A DNA stretch of 64,000 nucleotides from an uncultured Acidobacteriaceae bacterium (GTDB lineage Bacteria; Acidobacteriota; Terriglobia; Bryobacterales; Bryobacteraceae): contig CAWCIF010000001.1 of the NCBI GenBank assembly GCA_963795545.1, forward strand, positions 601,365 to 665,364. Direction: 5' to 3'. Of the stretch, positions 19,401-27,283 are shown piece after piece. The notes under the pieces were generated by a model that was not told the DNA's origin, made no database searches, and was given only the letters and a program-made list of their open reading frames with translations. Numbering within the stretch: the stretch's first letter is position 1; every line of letters begins with the position of its first letter. A program made the position numbers and the translations under genes.

Positions 19401-20916
19401 GTTTGCGCTCCCATCCCATCCAGGCGCCCTCGCGCGGGTTATAGACCCGATGCCGATGGAACAGATAAAACCCGCCATAGGGCTCAGCCGCGTATCTGCG
19501 ATTCAGTTCCTCGATTAATTGGCTGGCCAGGTCCACGCGCCGGTCCTGCTCGCCGGCAGGTTCGGCCGTGTCGGGAAGATCTGTCAGCAGCGCATAAAAG
19601 ATGTTCCGATCACGATTCACCAGATAGCGAACTTCCAGATCCTCCACAAGCTGCCGAATCTGCTTGTCATTGATGAGCAGTGTTGGGATGGCAACCATGG
19701 TTGCGCACGCTGGATCTACTGCCTTCGAGAAATCGAGCTTCGGCAAGGCATGCGGAGTCAGAACGGACGTTACCAGGTAATTCATCAACTCCACTGCCGC
19801 CTGGGTCGCGGGCAGGATCAGAAGCAGCGCTCCGATAAAAATTCCCCAACCACCATGCGTTTTGACAAGGCTCAGGGTGAGAAACACCACCGTGATGAGT
19901 GTGACGAACTCGATGCCGATGATGTAAATCTCATCCGGGAATTTCCGGAAGAGCCGCTCTATTGAAGACCCCAAGGAAGGCCGATAGCCAATGCGGTGTA
20001 GCAGTTCTTCGGAGCCATCGCGATCCAACAGGTAATAGCCGACGTGCCGCAGCCGATCCCGCAGGGCTTCGGGGGCCTGGCGATCGATAACGGCCTCTTC
20101 CGCCATGCTCACCGCGATTCTGGCAGCTTCCCTCTCGCTTACGTCGGAATGAGCGGCAATTTTGGCGATCCTCTGCCGGTACCGTTCCCGGCTCTCGAAG
20201 TCCATGCGCGGATAAATGCCCGCTGGATCCAGATTCAACACGCGATGCACCACCGAAAGCCGCTCCAGCGTGCGTCGCCAGTCAATCTCGCCAATCAGGC
20301 GCAGGCTTGTAATCAGGCTTCCAACATCGAATGAAGGAGCATTTGGCCCGTTCAATAGAAACGCGTCGAAAGCCTTGCGGCCGCGCTCGGCGATGAACTC
20401 CAGCAAGCTGAGTTTGAGCGCAGTCAGCATGCCCCAGAGTTCGGAAAGGCGCAGCGGTTCGGTTTCCTGTACTGCGTCGATATAGAGACTGAATGCTTCT
20501 TCCGTAAGCTGGAACTTAGTCGCGGTCAGCAAGCTGCGCGCCAGCACAATGCATCTGGGGATCGATTCATCGCTGGATGTGCGGACAACCGGCAACCGGC
20601 CCAACAGCCGCATGGAATCGCGAAGTGCCTGGGCATCTGTCCGAATCAGCCGGAAATTGTCGTACAGCCATCTGAGATCGCCGCTGGGAGCATCGAAGGT
20701 CAGCTCGTATAGTTCGCGTTCCAGGATTCGCAACCTGTTGGTTGCTGTTCTGTACAGCTCGCGAGGGCGGCGGGAATGGCGCTTGCCCGATAACCAGGCG
20801 CAAGATCGCGCCGCTTGTGTTGCCTGGGCGCGCAGTTCCGGCCGCTCTTCGGCGGTCGTGCCGTTGGGCGGCTCTGCCGGTGGCTGGGCTTCCATTTGCC
20901 TGGTTGGTTCAGTCAT
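16411..20916 (-). CDS. cyclic beta-1,2-glucan synthase-like protein (GT84 domain + downstream alpha/alpha-type domain), 1501 aa, no GH94 half
   Basis: GT84-type block: YVLTLDSDTQLPRGSAQ...GYGILQPRVGISV...GKGIYDVDA...SHDLIEGAYARAGLASDIEVIDDYPSHYSAYNRRKHRWLRGDWQI. TM clusters lie before and after it. The C-terminal region (SWTGTMFEYLMPAIWM...PWGISEAAY...YQYAAFGVPGLAL) resembles the segment following GT84 in ChvB/NdvB/Cgs. Confidence 0.75.
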   Translation of the reverse strand: MTEPTRQMEAQPPAEPPNGTTAEERPELRAQATQAARSCAWLSGKRHSRRPRELYRTATNRLRILERELYELTFDAPSGDLRWLYDNFRLIRTDAQALRDSMRLLGRLPVVRTSSDESIPRCIVLARSLLTATKFQLTEEAFSLYIDAVQETEPLRLSELWGMLTALKLSLLEFIAERGRKAFDAFLLNGPNAPSFDVGSLITSLRLIGEIDWRRTLERLSVVHRVLNLDPAGIYPRMDFESRERYRQRIAKIAAHSDVSEREAARIAVSMAEEAVIDRQAPEALRDRLRHVGYYLLDRDGSEELLHRIGYRPSLGSSIERLFRKFPDEIYIIGIEFVTLITVVFLTLSLVKTHGGWGIFIGALLLILPATQAAVELMNYLVTSVLTPHALPKLDFSKAVDPACATMVAIPTLLINDKQIRQLVEDLEVRYLVNRDRNIFYALLTDLPDTAEPAGEQDRRVDLASQLIEELNRRYAAEPYGGFYLFHRHRVYNPREGAWMGWERKRGKLLDLNQLLRKVYDPFPVKAGDLTRLPKIRYVLTLDSDTQLPRGSAQQMIGAMGHPLNRPLIDPDLNIVTRGYGILQPRVGISVHSATRSRLASIYSGQTGFDIYSRAISDIYQDLYGEGIFTGKGIYDVDALRQVLEHRFPRNALLSHDLIEGAYARAGLASDIEVIDDYPSHYSAYNRRKHRWLRGDWQIVRWIFNRVPDESRRLAENPISLVSRWKIVDNLRRSLVEPATFALLVAGWFWLPGGPRFWTLVTLALLFLPIYFRLVFATIRAIARQNRLTFREALFDFATSHVSILLNIAFLAHQALVALDAIIRTVVRSTITHSRLLEWETATEAELGIRKRTPVDIYLNWVPALAVVIGLALLLKPDAAGYALPFVIAWCCSKPLASWLNRSPHADDLNLASKDRLFLRETALRTWRYFAEFSNAGNHWLIPDNVQEEPYRIAERISPTNLGLLLNSRQAAVEFGYLTVSEFVSLTDLTLRSANKLPRYFGHFSNWYETVSMKPLEPLFLSSVDSGNLVASLWTLEQGCIDLLHEALIRPNALDGLRDYQRLAGEMSATGFSSRDPNVWLPKLLQMPAAQRAEASDPPKQNSWWSAGVQTRIEALRQEAQSFMPWCAPEFQALRAAAPAFGVQKNPLAPYNADSFYDELERQLHLLKSGAAASGEVFALASRLEAEIPGCRARLQELASRLKQVAAASRLLAGEMGFGMFVNLHRNLLSIGFDVSKGELVESCYDLLASESRTVGFIAVAKGELIQDAWFRLGRQHTVCEGQNVLISWTGTMFEYLMPAIWMKSHPNTLLDRAVRSAVRAQQLYGTNRGVPWGISEAAYSRRDAEGNYQYAAFGVPGLALSVAREGSLVISPYSSCLALMVDPANAVANLRGMVRRHWLGDFGFYESADFTASRPRGFSSRKCEVVRCWMAHHQGMTLAAICNVLQDWSFQRWFHSDRLVQASELILQERPLRVRPIADTQPRRVLPFGGKRTQAKRARA

Positions 20917-20928
20917 TCACAACGCTCA

Positions 20929-22755
20929 CTACCGATAGCTGGACGCCTGCAGCTCAAACATTTCAGCGTATCTGCCGCCGCGCGCCACAAGACGCTCGTG
21001 GCTCCCCTCCTCAGCGATACAACCGTCCTCGAGAACAATAATTCGTTCCGCCATTCGCACAGTTGAAAAGCGATGAGAAATGAAAAGGGCCATTTTGCTC
21101 ACCGTCAGTTCATTAAAGCGCTCGAACACTTCATATTCGGCTCGAGCGTCCAGCGCCGCAGTCGGCTCGTCCAATATGAGAACCTGCGCCTCGCGGAGGT
21201 AAGCACGGGCCAGAGCTATTTTCTGCCACTCGCCGCCCGACAGATCTACGCCGCCTTCAAAGCGCCGCCCCAGCATCTGTTTGTAACCTAGCGCCAAGCG
21301 TTCAATTACTCCGTCGGCCAAGCTCTTCTCAGCCGCGCCCCGAATCCGGTCCATATCGTTGAGGTATTCGATTCGGCCCACCGCAATGTTTTCCTGAGCG
21401 GTCATCTCGTAGCGCATGAAATCCTGGAAAATGACGCCAATCTCGCGGCAGAGGTCTTCGATATCGTAATCCCGCAGGTCCACTCCATCCAGTAAGACGC
21501 GCCCGGCTGTTGGATCGTAAAGCCGGGTGATCAGCTTCACAATGGTTGTTTTGCCCTGGCCGTTCTGGCCAATGAGAGCGATGCGTTCACCCGGTTCCAG
21601 GCGGAAATTCAGATGATGCAGGATGAGGCGCTTGGTTCCAGGATAGGAGAATGAGACATCCTGAAACTCGAAGCCTTCAGTAATAGGCCGGGGCGCCGGC
21701 AGGGGGTTGGGCTTCGAGGTAACACTAGGCCGCATGTCAAAGAAGGCCAGGAGGTCGGTCAAGAATAGAGCCTGGTCGGCAATGCTCGACAGCGTCGAAA
21801 ACATTTGTGAGATGTTGTTCGACGCATTCATGATAGACGCAGTAAGGAAGACCAGCGTGCCGACATTGAACACTCCATGTACGGTCTCCCAGATGGCCCA
21901 GGCATAAGCGCCGTAGTAGCCGGCGGTACTCAGCATGGAAAGCAGTGAAACCGCGGTCAAGCGCCTGCGAAACAGAGCAATGTTTTCGTCGAAAATTCCA
22001 TTTGAAAGGCTTGTGAACCGGTCGGTAAGGAAGCGGCTGAGCCCAAAAAGCTTCAGTTCCTTGGCCGCTTCCTTGCTCCCGCCCACTTGCCGCAAATAGT
22101 CGAGTTCACGTTTTACGGGAGTTTGCCGGAAGTTCTTTGCGTAATTCAAGAAAGCGAAATGGCTTTCACCCAGGAACGCAGGGATGAGGCAGACGATAAG
22201 CACCAGCAGGAGCCACGGCGAGAAATAAACCAGGGCCACGGACAACGAAATAACAGTGATTGTCTGCTGAAACAGGCGGCCTATTGACTGGATCATCCCC
22301 AGGCGGTCCGTCGCCTGCACGCGTGCCCGTTCCAGGCGGTCGTAAAAGACCGGATCTTCGTAACTTTGCAGGTCTAGTTTCGACGCATGGTCCATGACCC
22401 GGATGCTGATATGGCGCATGTAACGGTCGGCCAGCACCGCATCGTAATAGTCGATGAGCCGGCCCAGGATGCTGCCGATGATGGCCAGCGAAAATTCCAG
22501 GGCAGTGAGCCACCACAGGTGCGGCGAAATAGTTTCTTTATGGTCAACGATGGCCTTAACGTTGTTGATAATCAATCCCGTCACCCAGGCCGTGCTTACC
22601 GGAACGAGGGAAACGACGACGCGGAACAAGAGGCCGAGGGTGACGACATAGCGCCCTGATTCCCATACGATCTTCAAGACCGGCGGGACGTTCTTCAAGG
22701 CCTGCAGGCGCTCGCGCCATGCCGAAGAGAGTTGCTGGTCTTTAGCTTTTTTCAC
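20929..22755 (-). CDS. ABC exporter, fused permease/ATPase (MsbA/ChvA-NdvA-like)
   Basis: Six-TM N-terminal half, then Walker A GQNGQGKTT, signature LSGGEWQKIALARA and Walker B LILDEPTAALD. It ends 12 nt upstream of the glucan synthase-like gene on the same strand. Confidence 0.85.
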   Translation of the reverse strand: MKKAKDQQLSSAWRERLQALKNVPPVLKIVWESGRYVVTLGLLFRVVVSLVPVSTAWVTGLIINNVKAIVDHKETISPHLWWLTALEFSLAIIGSILGRLIDYYDAVLADRYMRHISIRVMDHASKLDLQSYEDPVFYDRLERARVQATDRLGMIQSIGRLFQQTITVISLSVALVYFSPWLLLVLIVCLIPAFLGESHFAFLNYAKNFRQTPVKRELDYLRQVGGSKEAAKELKLFGLSRFLTDRFTSLSNGIFDENIALFRRRLTAVSLLSMLSTAGYYGAYAWAIWETVHGVFNVGTLVFLTASIMNASNNISQMFSTLSSIADQALFLTDLLAFFDMRPSVTSKPNPLPAPRPITEGFEFQDVSFSYPGTKRLILHHLNFRLEPGERIALIGQNGQGKTTIVKLITRLYDPTAGRVLLDGVDLRDYDIEDLCREIGVIFQDFMRYEMTAQENIAVGRIEYLNDMDRIRGAAEKSLADGVIERLALGYKQMLGRRFEGGVDLSGGEWQKIALARAYLREAQVLILDEPTAALDARAEYEVFERFNELTVSKMALFISHRFSTVRMAERIIVLEDGCIAEEGSHERLVARGGRYAEMFELQASSYR

Positions 22756-22856
22756 GCCGAGATGGTATCTGTAAACGGCTTTTCGAGTGAGCCTGTCAGG
22801 TTCAACTGCTGCTCTTAGCCTACAATTCCCTTTTAAGAGAAGGAATACGATTCAGC

Positions 22857-23462
22857 ATGAAACCCATGTTCCTGAAGGATGTAGAGCAGCATCGCGGCGA
22901 GGATAATTACACACGGGCGATCGAAATGATGCGCCGTTCCGGGCCGGAATACCCGCAGATTCTGCACATGTTCTCTTACAAGATGAACGCCACGGTGCAC
23001 CTGGAGCGATTTACGCAGGAGATCATGCGCGAGCCAGCGCCGCTTTCGCCCGGAATTCGCGAATTGATCGCAGCCTATACGTCGCACCTGAATCAGTGCC
23101 CATTTTGAACGAAGTCGCACGCCGCGGTCGCGGCGGAACTCTTAGAAGATGAGCAGCTCGTTACGAGTGTCCTCGCTGATGTAGAGACGTCAAAACTGTC
23201 TGATTCGGAAAAGGCGCTGTTCCGGTTTGTTCGCAAAGTGAATGGGGACTCCGTATCCATTGGTCCGTCCGATGTCGGCTCCCTCCACCATGCCGGATAC
23301 AGCGATGGAGCGATTTACTACGCGATCAGTGTGTGCTCACTGTTCAATTTCTATAATCGGTGGATTGACGCCAGCGGAGTGCACCCCATGAGCGACGAAG
23401 CGCATAGGTTGGGCGCGAAGCGATCTGCGATACATGGTTATTCGCGGAGTTCTCAAAAATGA
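22857..23462 (+). CDS. AhpD-like / carboxymuconolactone decarboxylase-family peroxidase-related protein, candidate selenoprotein (UGA 23106-23108 read as Sec)
   Basis: ORFs 22857-23108 and 23238-23462 share one frame, and nt 23109-23237 have no stop. The read-through product is ...IRELIAAYTSHLNQCPF[U]TKSHAAVAAELLEDEQLV...ALFRFVRKV...GYSDGAIYYAISVCSLFNFYNRWIDASG..., which follows the CMD-family CxxCxxxH core and its C-terminal half. A SECIS-like hairpin follows the UGA. Confidence 0.6.
23112..23143 (+). promoter_or_regulatory. candidate bacterial SECIS stem-loop
   Basis: CGCCGC (23120-23125) pairs with GCGGCG (23130-23135) around loop GGUC (23126-23129). A possible extension is C23118:G23136 with A23119 bulged, plus AAG 23112-14 : CUU 23141-43. 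The loop starts 20 nt after the U of UGA. Confidence 0.5.
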
Positions 23463-25537
23463 ACTACTTCACGAACCGGCTCCTGCCCGCGTGCTTGCTG
23501 GTCTTTTCGAGCGGCGCGTTTGCGGCGGATTTCAGGCCGCCTGCTGTGCCGCTAATCACACACGACCCGTACTTCAGCATCTGGTCGATGGCCGATCATC
23601 TCACGGACGCCCCTACCAAGCACTGGACCGGAACCATTCAATCTCTATCGAGCGTGGTGCGCGTGGATGGCAAAATTTACCGGGTCATGGGCACCGATCC
23701 GCGCGGCGCCCCGGCGTTGCCGCAAACCCACCTCGAAGTGTTTCCCACGCACACCATTTATGATTTCGAAGGCTCCGGTATCCGGCTCACCCTTACGTTC
23801 TTCACGCCAGCCCTGGCGCGTGATCTCGACGTCCTCTCGCGTCCGGCTAGCTACCTGACCTGGCGCGTACAGTCTGCCGACGGCAGCAGCCATAACGTGC
23901 AAGTGTATTTCGACGCCGGTTCCGACCTCGTCGTGAACATTCCACAGGAGCGTGTGTCCTGGGCTCGATACCGCGACGGAGATCTGCAGATTCTGCGCAT
24001 GGGCACACAGCAGCAGCAGCCCGTGCTCCAAAAATCAGGCGATAACCTGCGCATCGACTGGGGTTATCTGTATGTCGTGATGCCTCCCGGTGGCGCTGGT
24101 TCTGAAATCGCTAATACACGCCGCGAGGCAATGGGATCTTTTATCAAAAAGGGCAGCCTTCCGGATTCCGATAATCTCCGCGGCATGGAACCGTACGAAG
24201 AATCCATGCCCGTACTTGCATCCTCATTCGATTTGGGCAGAGTGGGCACAGCAGCGGTTTCCCGGCATCTCGTCATTGCTTACGATGAGGTTTTCGCCAT
24301 CGAGTACTTCGAGCGGAAGCTGCGCCCCTATTGGAACCGGGACCGGCTAGGGCCGGCTGGAATGCTTCGCGCCGCGCTGCGCGACTACCAGGAGCTTGAT
24401 CAGCTTGCCCAGAATTTCGATCAAGGTCTCATGCGCGATTTGCAGCGCGCAGGTGGTGAAGATTATGCGCGGCTCTGCGCGCTGGCGTATCCGCAGACTC
24501 TTGCCGCGCACAAACTGACCGCCGACCTGCAGGGAACCCCACTCTTCTTTTCCAAAGAAAACTTCAGCAACGGCTCAGTGGATACGGTTGACGTCACCTA
24601 TCCTAGCTCGCCATTTTTCCTGCTGTTCAATCCCCATTTACTGGAAGCTCAGCTCAAACCGATTTTCGACTACGCAAATCTTCCCCGCTGGCATTTCCCG
24701 TTTGCCCCGCACGATCTGGGGAGATACCCGCTGGCGGACGGCCAGCAGTACGGAGGGCGCGAGACTTCGGAAGAGAACCAGATGCCAGTAGAAGAGAGCG
24801 GCAATATGCTGCTGATGACGGCGGGCATAGCGCAGGTGGAGGGCAATGCAGATTTCGCGCAGCATTACTGGCCGATGCTTACGAAGTGGGCGGAATATCT
24901 GAAAGCCAAAGGATTCGATCCGGAGAACCAGCTCAGTACTGACGATTTCGCCGGCCATCTGGCTCACAACGCGAATCTGTCTATCAAGGCCATCCTCGCC
25001 TTGGGCGCTTACGGCAAATTGGCCGGAATGCTAGGGCACGCCGATATAGCATCTCAATACACTGCGCTGGCGCGAGAGGATGCCCGGCTATGGGTTCAAA
25101 AGGACAACGATGGCGATCATTTCCGCCTTGCATTCGACCGCGCCGGCACCTGGAGCCAGAAGTACAACCTGGTTTGGGACAGGCTGCTGGGCTTGAAGCT
25201 TTTTCCCCCGGAAGTGGCCGAAAAGGCGCTTGCTTTCTACCAAAAGCATGTCAATCAATATGGGCTGCCGCTGGACAACCGGGCCGATTACACCAAGCTG
25301 GATTGGCTGACTTGGACCGCAACTCTGGCCAATTCGCAGAAGCAGTTTTTACTATTTTTCGAGCCCGCCTACCGGTTTGCAAATGAATCCCCCAGCCGGG
25401 TCCCGCTGACTGATTGGTACGACACCAAGACGGGGAAACAGGTTGGATTTCAGGCTCGCTCGGTGGTAGGCGGGATTTTTATCAAAATGCTTACCGATCC
25501 GGCGATCTGGAAAAAGTACGCCAACGCGGCGCAGTAG
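23459..25537 (+). CDS. secreted glutaminase-A-like protein (DUF5127/DUF4965/DUF1793 architecture), probable glycoside-hydrolase-like fold
   Basis: Signal peptide, then FRPPAVPLITHDPYFSIWSMADHLTD..TKHWTG....VRVDGKIYRVMG, typical of this family, with a C-terminal alpha/alpha-toroid-like region. Its ATG overlaps the upstream stop (ATGA, 23459-23462). Confidence 0.65.
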   Translation: MNYFTNRLLPACLLVFSSGAFAADFRPPAVPLITHDPYFSIWSMADHLTDAPTKHWTGTIQSLSSVVRVDGKIYRVMGTDPRGAPALPQTHLEVFPTHTIYDFEGSGIRLTLTFFTPALARDLDVLSRPASYLTWRVQSADGSSHNVQVYFDAGSDLVVNIPQERVSWARYRDGDLQILRMGTQQQQPVLQKSGDNLRIDWGYLYVVMPPGGAGSEIANTRREAMGSFIKKGSLPDSDNLRGMEPYEESMPVLASSFDLGRVGTAAVSRHLVIAYDEVFAIEYFERKLRPYWNRDRLGPAGMLRAALRDYQELDQLAQNFDQGLMRDLQRAGGEDYARLCALAYPQTLAAHKLTADLQGTPLFFSKENFSNGSVDTVDVTYPSSPFFLLFNPHLLEAQLKPIFDYANLPRWHFPFAPHDLGRYPLADGQQYGGRETSEENQMPVEESGNMLLMTAGIAQVEGNADFAQHYWPMLTKWAEYLKAKGFDPENQLSTDDFAGHLAHNANLSIKAILALGAYGKLAGMLGHADIASQYTALAREDARLWVQKDNDGDHFRLAFDRAGTWSQKYNLVWDRLLGLKLFPPEVAEKALAFYQKHVNQYGLPLDNRADYTKLDWLTWTATLANSQKQFLLFFEPAYRFANESPSRVPLTDWYDTKTGKQVGFQARSVVGGIFIKMLTDPAIWKKYANAAQ

Positions 25538-25584
25538 CAACCAGCGCGGTGCTCCCGGCGGCCGCAAACAGGTACTCCGCCGGA

Positions 25585-25619
25585 CAAAAAAGGGACAGTC
25601 GCTTACGCGCCATCCCTTT
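25585..25619 (-). terminator. candidate rho-independent terminator of the PEP-CTERM gene
   Basis: On the minus strand: AAAGGGA-(17 nt, partly self-pairing)-TCCCTTT followed by TTTT, 16 nt after the stop. The loop is large, so confidence is moderate. Confidence 0.4.
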
Positions 25620-25635
25620 ACGTTGAACTGCTGGA

Positions 25636-26241
25636 TTACGAGCGGCTGAGCGCTGCACGCCTCCGGAATCTGGACAAGCCCAGCAAAAGCAGGCCGCTCA
25701 TCCCCATCAATCCGTAGGTCGCTGGTTCCGGCGTGCCCGAAGTGGGAGGACCTACCACAATGTTTGCTGTGGGCAGACCCTCTAAACTAAAAAAGGTGCT
25801 CGCTCCCGGCGCCAGTCCGCCGACGAAATTGACGACGCCGGTATTGACGTCGGTGATCGAGAAGGTGACGAAGTCACCCGTATAGTCGTAGGGGTCGGTC
25901 GTGCTGATTCCCATGGAACAGTTTCCTGCCGCCCCAAAAGAGCACATACCGTCGCCTTCCAGGCCGAAAATATCTGATCCGGAAAGCGGCAGTGCCCCGA
26001 TTGCGTGCGCTGAGTTGTTCAAAACGCCGACAAGCGAGTCTTCTACGTTATCGTAAGGCGGTTGCGTACTGTCCAGGGCCACCGTTGCGCTTCCATTGGC
26101 GTTAACCGTGATAAGGACATCGCAAGATGTAGCGCTCCCGACGGTTGGACACTCGGTGAACGGCGGGGAAGTTGCGGCAGCCATCGCCGTGCCAATTGCG
26201 CCAGTGGCAAAAAGCGCCAGCAGTATTCCTAATTTTTTCAT
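25636..26241 (-). CDS. PEP-CTERM sorting-domain secreted protein
   Basis: Signal peptide. The C-terminus is GTPEPATYGLMGMSGLLLLGLSRFRRR (PEP motif + TM + Arg cluster). Confidence 0.85.
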   Translation of the reverse strand: MKKLGILLALFATGAIGTAMAAATSPPFTECPTVGSATSCDVLITVNANGSATVALDSTQPPYDNVEDSLVGVLNNSAHAIGALPLSGSDIFGLEGDGMCSFGAAGNCSMGISTTDPYDYTGDFVTFSITDVNTGVVNFVGGLAPGASTFFSLEGLPTANIVVGPPTSGTPEPATYGLMGMSGLLLLGLSRFRRRAALSRS

Positions 26242-26545
26242 CTATTTACCTCCGCAGGTTTAAAATGGCCTGGCCTATATATGGCCTAAGCTGAATCTAA
26301 GTCTAGGGTTAGTTCGATTGGGTTAACAAGCCCAGTGGATGTAGTTAGGTACCGGCCAACTAAGCCGTTTGTACACATACCGCCCCGGACGGGAATAAGA
26401 GGGCTGGGAGTAGGAGAGTCTACATAGGGCAGGGTAGTATCTCCCGCTCTCCTGAGCAACGGCTGTGCTACTCTAAAAAAGGTTTCCAGCCAACTTGGGA
26501 GGCAACGGCGTGTCTGCGCCTGAGCCGCTTGGACCAATCAAACTC

Positions 26546-27253
26546 ATGAGTCAAAAGCCCGGTAAGAAATACGAAGCCGCGGCCAAGCAGGTAGCTCCAA
26601 AGCCTTATCAGCTTGCCGACGCGGTCAATTTAGTTCAAAGGATCAAGTTCACACGATTCGACGAAACCGTTGAGGTGCATATGCGCCTAGGGGTCGATCC
26701 GAAGCATGCCGACCAGATGGTTCGCGGCACTGTTGTTCTGCCCAACGGACTGGGTAGATCGAAGCGTGTTCTGGTGATCGCCTCAGGCGATAAGATCCGT
26801 GAGGCGCAGGAGGCTGGGGCCGATTTCATCGGCGGCGAGGACATGGTCACCAAAATACAGACTGAGAACTGGACAGACTATGACGCCGTGATTGCCACTC
26901 CGGATATGATGCGCTCGGTGGGGCGGCTTGGCAAAGTGCTTGGCCCGCGCGGGCTGATGCCGAACCCCAAGACCGGCACCGTCACGACCGACGTCCGCAA
27001 CGCGATCCTGGAGATCAAAGCCGGCAAGGTGGAGTTCCGTGTAGATAAAACCGGCGTGATCCATGCTCCGGTGGGCAAAGTCAGTTTCGCCAGCGACAAA
27101 CTGCTGGAGAACACCAGCAGCCTGATTCAGGCTGTTATCAAGGCGAAGCCATCAGCCGCCAAGGGCAAATACGTCAAGAGCGCGACCCTGTGTTCGACGA
27201 TGGGTCCCGGTGTGCCGCTTGACGTGACGTCATTTAACGCCAAGGTTGTATAG
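26546..27253 (+). CDS. rplA: 50S ribosomal protein L1
   Basis: [16 protein letters not shown]...[33 protein letters not shown]...[31 protein letters not shown]. An alternative in-frame GTG start at 26510 sits 7 nt after GGGAGG. Confidence 0.95.
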   Translation: MSQKPGKKYEAAAKQVAPKPYQLADAVNLVQRIKFTRFDETVEVHMRLGVDPKHADQMVRGTVVLPNGLGRSKRVLVIASGDKIREAQEAGADFIGGEDMVTKIQTENWTDYDAVIATPDMMRSVGRLGKVLGPRGLMPNPKTGTVTTDVRNAILEIKAGKVEFRVDKTGVIHAPVGKVSFASDKLLENTSSLIQAVIKAKPSAAKGKYVKSATLCSTMGPGVPLDVTSFNAKVV

Positions 27254-27283
27254 GACCGAAAGTTTTAGAGAAGGCAGAGCCGC

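Noticed and set aside
25553-25583. CCGGCGG...CCGCCGG hairpin after the glutaminase-like gene as its terminator.
   Set aside because: It is followed by an A-run, not a U-run, on the plus strand, so it does not fit an intrinsic terminator for the plus-strand gene. The neighbouring hairpin plus T-run fits the minus-strand gene instead.
26286-26460. Possible tRNA or other RNA gene upstream of rplA (a GTTCGATT T-loop-like string near 26310; the canonical operon often has a tRNA upstream). Also the 83-aa ORF 26286-26537(-).
   Set aside because: No complementary T-stem or acceptor stem could be built around the motif. The ORF has no SD sequence or family resemblance and overlaps the rplA leader.
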